A DNA stretch of 18,804 bases from an uncultured Nitrososphaerales archaeon (GCA_963709405.1 CAVPXM010000075.1:1-18804); one strand, 5' to 3'; shown: positions 9,062 through 18,576, counted from the stretch's first letter. The notes: generated by a model from the letters alone, not told the origin. Numbers and translations are program-made.

Positions 9062-9877
9062 ATGAAAAAAGCGGATTCTCAAGTATTGATAGATAGGATT
9101 TTAGCAAAGAGACAATTCTTTCATTTCACCTTTATAGCTATCGTCTTGCCACTGATAATGATTTTATTTACAGCAATATTCTCAGCTAATAATTTGGCAT
9201 ATTCGCAAATTACTGACAAATCAAATTCCACTGCTGATGGTACTCTTGCTAGCAAAGATGCACCCGATGCAAAATCCGTCTTTAATACCGGAAGTCTATC
9301 ATTGCCATCATCTGTTAAAGCATTCATAGTCTATATACCAGATGAGGCACATCATCTGTCATCAGATAATAAGACAATTAGTGCAAATAATGCTAATTAT
9401 ATTCCAACTAACCTTGTAGTTCCAAGAGGAACAGCTATAGCATTTGTCCATGGAGATCCGAATCATGTTCATGTAGAGATTATAAAGGGCAACAAGACAG
9501 GACAGATCGTGTGGCAAACCACTCCAGTCACACATCCTGGAAGTTCTGATGTGAAAGTATTGGCTCCAGGGTCTTATAGTGTATCAGACAAGAAATATAC
9601 ACCCATGAAAGGAACCATAACTGTAGATAGCAATACACAATCAAATGGTGATTTAACAATAGGAGGATTTTTCGTTCCTACCTCAGCTCTATCTAAATAT
9701 AAAGCAGATTTTACCTCTGCAGGCTTTCAAGTTTTATCTAACTTCGATTTCCTAAGTAAAACTGTCCAGAAGGATATAAATGGGCCGACTAGTTTGATTA
9801 TTTATTCTACACATATGCCTATACAAGATGCAATTATAAAGCTCAAGCCATTAATTGTATCGTTACCATACCGTTAG
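9062..9877 (+). CDS. Secreted protein with atypical cupredoxin-like domain (paralog B)
   Basis: Hydrophobic N-terminus ending in LAYSQ; YIPTNLVVPRGTAIAFVHGDPNHVH and GSYSVSDKKYTPMKGTITV; shares DEAH, GGFxxPTS and LIIYST with paralog A. Confidence 0.75.
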   Translation: MKKADSQVLIDRILAKRQFFHFTFIAIVLPLIMILFTAIFSANNLAYSQITDKSNSTADGTLASKDAPDAKSVFNTGSLSLPSSVKAFIVYIPDEAHHLSSDNKTISANNANYIPTNLVVPRGTAIAFVHGDPNHVHVEIIKGNKTGQIVWQTTPVTHPGSSDVKVLAPGSYSVSDKKYTPMKGTITVDSNTQSNGDLTIGGFFVPTSALSKYKADFTSAGFQVLSNFDFLSKTVQKDINGPTSLIIYSTHMPIQDAIIKLKPLIVSLPYR

Positions 9878-10237
9878 CAATCCAGACAAGAGAAGACTTC
9901 ATTCTCATTTTCTATAATGTATTGGTTTTTGTATATAACTAGGAATGAAACGATGTATATGAAATAAGAGATGAGAATACCTTACGAATAAATTTTTATT
10001 AACTTCCATTATTGTTCTATTCTTTTTTACCTTGCTTGCTCTGCCTGTTTCTCCAAGAATAACTTATAGTAATTCACTGATTAACATACTTTGAAGTAGT
10101 TCTGCTTCTTTCTTTAAGTTTAGCCATTAACAGAAAGTAAGATGTTTTTAGCTATAGGTCTATCGTTAACCATGAAGCCATAGAAAAAGATGACAATATC
10201 TTAGTATCATCTATGGACTGAATACAATATGATACAA

Positions 10238-10496
10238 TCAGTCAAAATCAAATAACTCCAAAATATGCAGCTTTCTTACGCTTTTTATAATTAACAATAT
10301 AGTCGTCGTGATCATTTCCTTTATGTGCATATTGATATTTTTTATAAGGTACTTTTCCGTATGTGGTTTGTATCCTTGCAATTTCATCAATTTCTCGTCT
10401 ATCCAACCATACATCTTTACATGTTGGGCAATGATCAACTTCTACATCGTATCTATGTATTAATTGCATTTGCTTTAAACAATTTGGACATTGCAA
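10238..10496 (-). CDS. zf-TFIIB-type Zn-ribbon protein (probable frameshift near the 3' end)
   Basis: MQCPNC...VEVDHCPTCKDVWLDRREID; basic tail KKRKK. The family-typical end LELFDFD* lies in the neighbouring frame (10238..10438). Confidence 0.8.
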
Positions 10497-10747
10497 TTCT
10501 TAATCACTGATATCAAATACTTTCGGATATCATTTGATGATGATGTTTACGTTGTAATACAAAGTCATGCATCTCTACTCATACGAATGTTCTAATACAT
10601 AATATATTTTAAATTAAAGCAAGATACCGGTGCAATAAACAATTAGCCAACACGTCGACAATGCAACACACTGAAAACATGTTTGTAAAATATGATGATG
10701 TTACTTCTTAATTTGTATATTAATTGAATGTTATTTCCCTTATTACT

Positions 10748-11687
10748 ATGGTTGATAATAGTGACCATTATTCCATCTCGTGGATAATTTTCGGCATCAT
10801 GATTGGAATCATGTTAGCAATAGATTTCGGTCTTAGTGACAAGATCAAATCTTTGGTAAATCGAAAACACCCAAGACAGAGTCAACAAGAACCATTCAAA
10901 CATGCATTAATATGGACCATTATTTGGATTTCTCTTGTAACTGTATTTGCTGGAATAATATTTCTTACAGTGGGTCATGATAAAGCATTACTTTTTGTAA
11001 CAGCATTTATCATAGAAAAATCTTTAAGTGTAGACAACATGTTTGTCTTCCTACTAATATTTTCGTCTCTAACCATTCCTCATATATATCAGCATAAAGT
11101 TCTGACGGCTGGTATACTTAGTACAATCATAATGAGAATAGCTCTTATTTTGGCAGGAGTGTCTGTACTTGAAAGCTTTCAATTCATGACATATATGTTT
11201 GGGGGATTACTGCTGTTTACTGCAATACGTATGCTCATACAAATGAGGAAAGGAGAGGAAAAGATAGAAGTTGAAAAAAATATTGTGATTAGGTTGATGA
11301 AAAAAAATTGTTCCGATATCTTTTCAATTGAATGGTGACAAATTCTTTATCAGAAAAGATGGAATTTTGTATGCCACTTCTATGATGATTGCTCTTGTAA
11401 TAGTAGAAATGACTGATTTAATTTTTGCTCTAGATTCGATTCCTGCTATTTTCGCTATAACTTCTGATTCATTTATAGTAATAACATCAAATATATTCGC
11501 AATTTTGGGTTTACGAAGTTTGTATTTTCTACTTGCAGGCATGATAAGTAAATTTTATTATCTAAAGCATGGTCTTGTTGCGATATTACTTTTTGTTGGT
11601 GTGAAGATGAGTCTAATTGGAATATTGACCTTAACACTTGGACTATCATTCATTAAAACTAGAAGAATATTAAAACAGACAATCTGA
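10748..11687 (+). CDS. terC: TerC/Alx family membrane protein (metal/Mn homeostasis), split at an A8 run (11300-11307)
   Basis: IEKSLSVDNMFVF, QHKVL..GI, VEMTDLIFALDSIPAIFAIT, SNIFAILGLRSLYF. Removing one A joins the two ORFs (MKKIVPISFQLNGDKFF). ATG10748 is preferred over TTG10724. Confidence 0.9.
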
Positions 11688-12007
11688 TGAACGAGTTATA
11701 GTAATAAGTGAAAAATAAGAAACCAGACACATCTTTAATTAATTTCCCCCTCCCTATGATGTATTATTGTTAAACTTACTATAATTAGTGATATGACAAG
11801 TTTCTAATGTATTCAATGCAATATAGAGCGCTGTTAACTTAGTGATAAAGATATAGCTGCGTGCTTATTCGATACTATGTTCTAGAATCAACATAGCATT
11901 AACCAAATCCGATGGGTTATTGGATCTATGCTCAATTTAAAAAATAAAATCACAAATTTTCAGTTTACTACCAGAAGAGAAGAAAGGGTATAAAATAATA
12001 AGGCATA

Positions 12008-12613
12008 TTAGCTAATATTTGAAATTCCAAACGAATCAATAGCTTGAAGCATTATTGGCAATATCTTTGCAAATGTTATTGGATCAGCACTAAAATTAAC
12101 AATGTAGCCATATTTAATTCCCCCATGATCTAACCCGAAGGTCCCAAATTCTAAACTCTTTTGAGAATGTCCATGAAAGGTATCTGTAAAAAGTAACCCG
12201 TATGCTTGTCTGCCTGCAAGTAATGAATTGGTATTTGACATTACAATATTAAAATCTTTAGTATTAGAATTTGACATTCTGATGTTTTTGTTATGATCTA
12301 AAAAAGATTGTAATGTTGTATTTACTGATTGAGGATATAATCCCACTACAACTGACGCAAACTCACTACCTGTGCTTTGTATTGGTGGTGTCATCAGGAC
12401 GATACCTAGAAAAGGAGATGGCGAATTATTACTAGATATATTCCTAACGTTCCAGCTTGCGGGATACTGAATAACCATGCCATAAGTAGAATTATAATAA
12501 ACTTTCATGGGTATAGTTATTGTTGATATAGTCTGGGCATGTACCACATGTGGACTGACAATCAATAATGTCGATAATATAAAAGGTCCAATGACCAGCA
12601 GAAGTATAGTCAT
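12008..12613 (-). CDS. Secreted PsbP-like protein
   Basis: Signal peptide ending in VHAQ; YYNSTYGMVIQYPASW, LAGRQAYGLLFT, YIVNFSA...ILPIMLQAIDSFGI. Confidence 0.78.
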   Translation of the reverse strand: MTILLLVIGPFILSTLLIVSPHVVHAQTISTITIPMKVYYNSTYGMVIQYPASWNVRNISSNNSPSPFLGIVLMTPPIQSTGSEFASVVVGLYPQSVNTTLQSFLDHNKNIRMSNSNTKDFNIVMSNTNSLLAGRQAYGLLFTDTFHGHSQKSLEFGTFGLDHGGIKYGYIVNFSADPITFAKILPIMLQAIDSFGISNIS

Positions 12614-13022
12614 TTGTTATATATGATCTCTTGGTGTTTATTAGCTTTTGTGTAGGGTTCTTGAATACTAATATTAGACCAATACGAAAATCAAAAATTT
12701 GTTATTCCATATAGAAAAACAGATATTTTCATTATAATTATATCTCTCTGTATTATTATATTAAGATCCTGCTTACTTATTAACAAATTCTACATAGTAT
12801 TTTAGAACCTTAAGAATTCCTTCAATTTTTCTTTATCTTCTATAACCTCCAATAGGATAATCTTCTTCCTTTGCGACCTCATATATTCTGTCAGATAGAT
12901 CTATCTGAACAATAGTATTTTTGCTAGTTCATTGATTTTATGTCGAAGTTCATTAGATACGGTGTGGTAACATGTGTGTTTTTTTCTATTCATTGTCGTA
13001 GTTCTCGTTCTCTATCTGATTC

Positions 13023-13238
13023 CTAATTATATTCCTTATTTTTGTTATAACATGAAATAATCCCTTCTATTATTAAATTGTTCACATATTGCGTCATCTC
13101 GTCCGATTCTGATTGTTCTTTTGTTTCCTGTTCTTGTGGTGATAATAATGATGATGAGGATTGTGGTATTAAACAATTTGTATCCTTTATGCGATCTGTA
13201 CGATTACAATATTCTTCTAATTCATCATGATATTTCAC
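13023..13238 (-). CDS. Hypothetical protein or remnant with Ser/Gln/Glu low-complexity linker
   Basis: 71-aa ORF with Nitrososphaera-like low-complexity stretch SSSSLLSPQEQETKEQSES; no family recognised. Confidence 0.3.
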   Translation of the reverse strand: MKYHDELEEYCNRTDRIKDTNCLIPQSSSSLLSPQEQETKEQSESDEMTQYVNNLIIEGIISCYNKNKEYN

Positions 13239-14107
13239 TAGCAGATGTTCTATCGTGACATGTAGGAGAGCAGATGGAGTAGGACTTTCAGCTAATGAGT
13301 TAAATTTATTGTGCTGGTCTAGCGAAAGCTTGCTAGAAATTACTCTAGATTGTTTCTGTTCTCTATAGACACTATCTCTAATATGGTAATCAGAACCAAT
13401 CCACTAATATATTTACCCAGTTTACAAATAAGCTTTTAGGTAGACTAATCCATCTAGCAGATGTTCTCTACCTTAAGATTGGGTAGCCGTAACTACCTCA
13501 TGAATAGGAAAAATAGTATCATTTCACACACTAATTTGTTTTAACTCTAACAGGATTAGCAGGCTCAAACAAGCTAAGTTAGAGAACCTATGATTATGGT
13601 CTACTATTAAAATTAATAATAGATAATTATATTTTTCAGAATGGTGTTAACAAACCTCGCCCCCCCACATGAACATTTTTAATAAATGGGGAATGTACTT
13701 TACTAAATGCTTAATGTACTTCTGCTGATAACACATTCTCTAAATATTAGTGTTGAATTACTCTGTCAATGCCTATACAAAACTAGACAATCTAATTAGA
13801 GACGAGCAAAGGATAGTCAATTAGTTCCTATTGCTAGTATTTAATACAATCTCAATTGAACCATTTGTAGTATTTGACTTCTGATATGAAGATATAGAAA
13901 GACTATGTAATTGGAATTCCGACTCTATTATAAAATAAAACATAGTCTGCAAATATATTGCATAATGAAAGATGAAACGTAAAATCGCCTTACTTGATAG
14001 AGCTTCCTTCGGAGAAAAAATAGGAAGAATCCAGGAATAGAAAAAAATCGGCTAAATCTTTTTAATGATAAATCTTTTTTAGTCATTATAAGATAATAGA
14101 TCACCTT

Positions 14108-14836
14108 ATGTACAATCAGACTAATAAAAGGCTTGATTTCTCAAATAAAATTGTATTGGTAACAGGTGGAACCGGGGCGTTAGGAAGAGCTATAACAAGA
14201 TCTTTTATCGAATGCAATGCTAAAGTGATATCATCATATATTGTTGACAGTAATACAGAGTTGTCAAAAAAGCAAATTGAGCCAGAATTACAATTGATAA
14301 AAGCAGATACATCAAAAGAAGAGCAAGTAGAGAAATTAATTTCAGCCATTTTAGCAAAATATGGGCAGATCCATATATTGGTTAATATTGTTGGAGGATA
14401 TCTAGGAGATAAAAGTGTAACAGAACTTGATGAAAAAGAATGGGACAAGATAATGACAATAAATCTAAAAACAGCTTTTCTAATAAGCAAACATGTTATT
14501 CCACATATGATATCTTCTAAATATGGAAAAATGGTTCATATATCTTCTAAAACCGGTTTGAAATCCATGGGGTATGATTCTGCTTATGCAGCATCAAAAT
14601 CTGGATTGATAAGACTTGTAGAATCATTGTCCGAAGAAACAAAGAAATCAAATATTAATGTGAATTGTATAATGCCAAGCATGATAAATACTGAAGCAAA
14701 TAGAAAAGCAATGCCGGCCGCGAATTTTGGAAAATGGGTAAAACCTGAAGAGTTAGCAAACATTGTATTATTCTTATGCTCAGAGGAAGCAAAGGTCATA
14801 ACGGGGGCCGCTATACCTACTTATGGATTGACTTAA
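14108..14836 (+). CDS. Classical short-chain dehydrogenase/reductase (SDR)
   Basis: TGGTGALG, LVNIVGG, catalytic S...YAASK, NCIMPSMINT, ITGAAIP. Confidence 0.93.
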   Translation: MYNQTNKRLDFSNKIVLVTGGTGALGRAITRSFIECNAKVISSYIVDSNTELSKKQIEPELQLIKADTSKEEQVEKLISAILAKYGQIHILVNIVGGYLGDKSVTELDEKEWDKIMTINLKTAFLISKHVIPHMISSKYGKMVHISSKTGLKSMGYDSAYAASKSGLIRLVESLSEETKKSNINVNCIMPSMINTEANRKAMPAANFGKWVKPEELANIVLFLCSEEAKVITGAAIPTYGLT

Positions 14837-15464
14837 CTTTCCTTTAGATCCTAAATAGATCACCACATAATATTCTACTTTACTGTTTAAGATATAGTCT
14901 AAAACATCTAATATTATTCAAATCTCTAGAGGCAAAGCAAATGAGAATACCCACATACAAAAATGATCCTATTTGGTAATGGCAAGTTGACTAGATCTAT
15001 TAGTTATGAATTATGTTAAGATCTAATCTAACTAACATATTCATTTATAACCTCAAGATCTTGATTATCTTCTCTAATTCTACTAATAAGTTCGTCTGTG
15101 GTCAAAGCATCAAACATATTTGATATGAAATTCTTGAAAGAGGTCAACTTCTGAGATAAACATATGCTGTCGCTTTATTCATAATGCTGACATTTTTAAT
15201 ATATTTAGAAATTGTGTCGCATGATTAATCAGCTATCATTAATCAGAGGTTTCTGCTTTGCTGAATGGGTAAGATGATGAACGATTGGCATGACCTAATA
15301 CTATTAGGCCCAATACTTAATACGTTTTGTATTCATAGATTTTTATGCACTAGAAAAAAACTGCAGTTTCTAGATATTCATTCTTTGTCTTCGAATTCAT
15401 GAAACTGAACTCTCATAATGAGTGCGACCTGAATCTGTTTTTCAATCATGTAGCATGTTAAGGA

Positions 15465-15471
15465 TTTAAAT
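15465..15471 (+). promoter_or_regulatory. TATA box for the F420 oxidoreductase gene
   Basis: TTTAAAT lies 23-29 nt upstream of ATG15494. Confidence 0.5.
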
Positions 15472-15493
15472 CATATCTAAGTCTATAGTCTAT

Positions 15494-16167
15494 ATGAAGA
15501 TAGGAATAATCGGGTCCGGAGATGTTGGACGTAGACTTGCGGATGGTTTAATTGACCTTGGACATCAGGTAAAGATTGGGACTCGCGACATAACCAAGAA
15601 GGAGGTCGTTGAATGGATTGATAAACACACGAAACAAGGAAGAAGATCAGAGAATGCATTAATAGGAAGCTTTAATGAAGCAGGCGGCATTCGCTGATGA
15701 TCTAATCGTAATCTCCACTTCATGGAGTGGAACTTTGAGTGCTATAAAGATGGCCGGTCCAAGTTACTTTGCAGACAAAGTTGTTATTGATACTACAAAC
15801 CCACTGGACTTTTCAAAAGGTCTTCCACCAAGAATGGCTGTCGGTCATACAGACTCTGCAGCAGAGACAATTCAACGTTTACTACCAGAAACCAAAGTTG
15901 TCAAGGCATTTAACATTATTGGTAATCCTCATATGGTTCATCCAGATTTTCCGGATGGCCCTCCTACCATGTTCATATGTGGAAATGATGAAGAATCTAA
16001 AAAGATGATAATTGAAAAAATCCTAATCCCATTTGGTTGGGAAACGGTTGATATTGGTCAATTAGAGGCAGCATCGCCTTCTAGAACCACTTGCAATGTT
16101 ATGGATTACATATTACTTTAAAACAGGTACAGGAAATCATGCTTTCAAGTTACTAAGAAAACCGTGA
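15494..16167 (+). CDS. NADPH-dependent F420 reductase / F420-dependent NADP oxidoreductase family, two +1 frameshifts (~15683, ~16074)
   Basis: MKIGIIGSGDVG, IGTRD, VVIDTTNP, DSAAETIQ, VVKAFN, FICGND. The corrected C-terminus AARLLEPLAMLWITYYFKTGTGNHAFKLLRKP* ends at TGA 16165-16167. Confidence 0.88.
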
Positions 16168-16180
16168 ATACTTTATTAGT

Positions 16181-17214
16181 TGTTGTACTTACTGACATAG
16201 GTGACATTATAGCTTACAGACATGGGTTACACTTCTGTCGGGAAGTGAATCCATATAGAAATCAGAATAAGGTTTAATCTAATACACGAAAAAGAATGGA
16301 CTGGTGATACCATATGTAATATTTGTAAGAGATATGGTGTATCCAGAAAGACTTACTACAAGTGGAATAATAGATACAAGCAGAAAGGGATAGAAGGCCT
16401 ATCAGATAACTCCAGAAGGCCTCATAAAATCAACTACAGGAAGGTAACACCAGAAGTAGAAGAGACTATACTTGATCTACGATTAACTAAGAGATTTGGA
16501 TGTAATAGGATCGAGTTTCGACTAAAAAGAATCATTGGAATCTCATTAAGCACCCGAACTATATACAAGATACTAAAGAGACATTGTCTTAATATCCTCA
16601 TGTGTAAGGCCAAAGCAAGAACTTACAAACGGTTTGTCATGAAGCATCCAAATGATATGGTGCAAGTGGATATCCTTGGCCCTTTCTATCTGAGTAATTC
16701 CAGTCAAAGGAATTACATCATTAGTTGCTTAGATGATTGTTCTAGGAAGGTAGCTAGCAAGTGGTCCGAAAGAAAGAGGTCAGTGGATGTTCTTAATGTA
16801 TTAGAGGACTGGATAATGATTAATGGTAAGCCTAAGATGATGATGCATGATAACGGTAAACAGTTTACATCCAGAATATTCAGACATTTCCTTATACATA
16901 ATCAGATAAAAAATAAGCAAATACCAAAATCATATCCGCAGTTACAGGGCAAAGTAGAAGCATATAACAAGATTGTAAAGAATGAATTCATAGCATTAGA
17001 AGATATACCAAACATAGATGATGGTAAACAAAGATACGACATGTTTGTTAAAGCATATAACGAAACCAGAGAACATGGAGGCATAAACTGGTCTTACTCC
17101 ATCGGAGATGTTCCTACAAAGGTTAATTACATCCAGTACACATACGAGAACTAAACAGAAAAGGGTAACCCATGTAGGTAATTAAAAATGTAACCTATCC
17201 GTGCAAATACAACA
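16181..17214 (+). mobile_element. IS481-family insertion sequence, copy 2 (1034 bp), 6-bp TSD ATTAGT
   Basis: TGTTGTACTTAC...GCAAATACAACA; ATTAGT at 16175-16180 and 17215-17220; inserted 13 nt after the F420 reductase stop. Confidence 0.95.
16255..17185 (+). CDS. IS481-family transposase, +1 C insertion near 17088
   Basis: Frame is open from 16249 through the HTH and DDE domains. ATAAACTGG versus copy-1 ATAAATGG shifts the last ~32 codons; the consensus stop is 17183-17185. Confidence 0.9.
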
Positions 17215-17401
17215 ATTAGTAAAAGACACTCAACTCATATTTTCAAGAGCCACCAATTAACGAATATAAAAAACTTCACAATCTTTATCAAAGATCATGC
17301 CACATTTTAATTTACTTCACATTTGTAATAGTCTTTGCAAATCAATTTCTGATAGGCTTTTCTTAATATTCATGTATGATATCGTGATAGCATATATAAA
17401 T

Positions 17402-18207
17402 ATGAATTTATCTAATAGTTCTTGTGACACACAATCTAATAATTAGAGGATTTGATGATAAAGTTCATGCACAGTTAGGAGAAATGGCAAATCAAAAGAG
17501 GTGTTTCTATAAATTCAATAGTAAAGGATGCAGTAGACAAATGGTTAAAAGATCAGCAATCACAGGTTCCAAGAAAACATCATCTGGTAATTTATTCAGA
17601 TGATGAATCAATGATGGGATTGCTAAAATCAATGGACAGACTTGCCAAGGAAGGTGACTTGTTTAGATGCTTTTGTAGTCCACCAGGCAGTCCGTCATCT
17701 GAACTTTTGTCTAAACTTAAGTGGTATGATGGAACAATTGAGCCATATTATTATACTCCAACTAATACGATCTCAGCAGGATCAGTAAAGTATCAGGACA
17801 AGGAGCACCATCTACTATTACAACAACAACAGCAACAGCATCAAACTCAAATGCAAAGTCATCAAAGTCAAAAAAATATTACGAAATATTTTGGTAGGAT
17901 AATTGGAAACATAACTAAAAATGCTAATAACAGGCAGGGTATGTTGTCTGGATTTTTTTGATAAATGATGTAGCAAAGGCCTCATTGAGGCAGGCATTAA
18001 CTATTGAAGAGGCTTATAACGACAATAGAATCGCTGGCTTGACATATTGTAATTACAAGACTGCAACTTTGTTAAACTCGAGGATAAAAGACATGTTAAA
18101 GAACCATATTCGAATTGGCATGATCAGATCTTTGCTAAAAAGGGAGATGAAACTCTACAAGCGACATGTTACAAAAGAAAATGTACAGAAAACTATTCTT
18201 AGACTAG
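17402..18207 (+). CDS. Ribbon-helix-helix + MEDS-like sensory domain regulator with poly-Gln insert; multiple frameshifts
   Basis: Stitched frames read LIIRGFDDKVHAQLGEMANQRGVSINSIVKDAVDKWL (RHH pattern), then HHLVIYSDDES, VCCLDFLINDV, YCNYKT and HDQIF (MEDS-like H..IY / C.Y / H pattern), ending KLFLD* at 18205-18207. ORFs 17611..17961 and 17958..18266 are pieces. Confidence 0.6.
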
Positions 18208-18414
18208 TAGTAAATAAACCAATTATAATTTTTGTTGTCCTGCAAAAATCCTACTATCTAAATTAAAAATAGTTGCTGTTTGAACTGAATGAGATAAATA
18301 AAAACTGACTTATTTTCTCATATCGAAAGAGGTATCTTGGAAAAGATTGAAATTGAGCCGACTGAAACGAATCAATTTCAGCATCTTCTTCCTTTCAACC
18401 CTTTTGTATGTTGT

Positions 18415-18576
18415 ACTGAGAATGTTAGAAATGGATACGAGAAAATCAAAGTTACATTCAAAGTCAAATCTGATGCACCAAAGGAAAAAATAAGAGAACT
18501 TGTAGAGCTTGCACAAAAGAGATCGCCTGTATTTGATATGTTCCCAACGCCAGTACAAGTCTCTCTTCAAGAATAG
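18415..18576 (+). pseudogene. OsmC/Ohr-family protein, C-terminal fragment
   Basis: ENVRNGYEKIKVTFKVKSDAPKEKIRELVELAQKRSPVFDM matches the OsmC C-terminal half (Ser variant of CPV); the upstream part of ORF 18337..18576 is not OsmC-like. Confidence 0.7.

Noticed and set aside
15053-15422. Short palindromes (TCAAGATCTTGA, TGATTAATCA, CCTAATACTATTAGG, CTCATAATGAG)
   Set aside because: Unrelated to each other and expected at some frequency in AT-rich DNA; no shared motif.
1808-17084. Short overlapping ORFs (1808..1990, 7056..7259, 7609..7791, 8019..8225, 9121..9327, 10325..10510, 11324..11542, 14116..14490, 14584..14799, 15769..16008, 16902..17084)
   Set aside because: All are antisense or alternate-frame to well-supported genes and show no motifs.
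1673-17220. Bona fide composite transposon bounded by the two IS481 copies
   Set aside because: Outer flanks ATTACC and ATTAGT do not match, and copy 2 has its own perfect TSD, indicating independent insertion.
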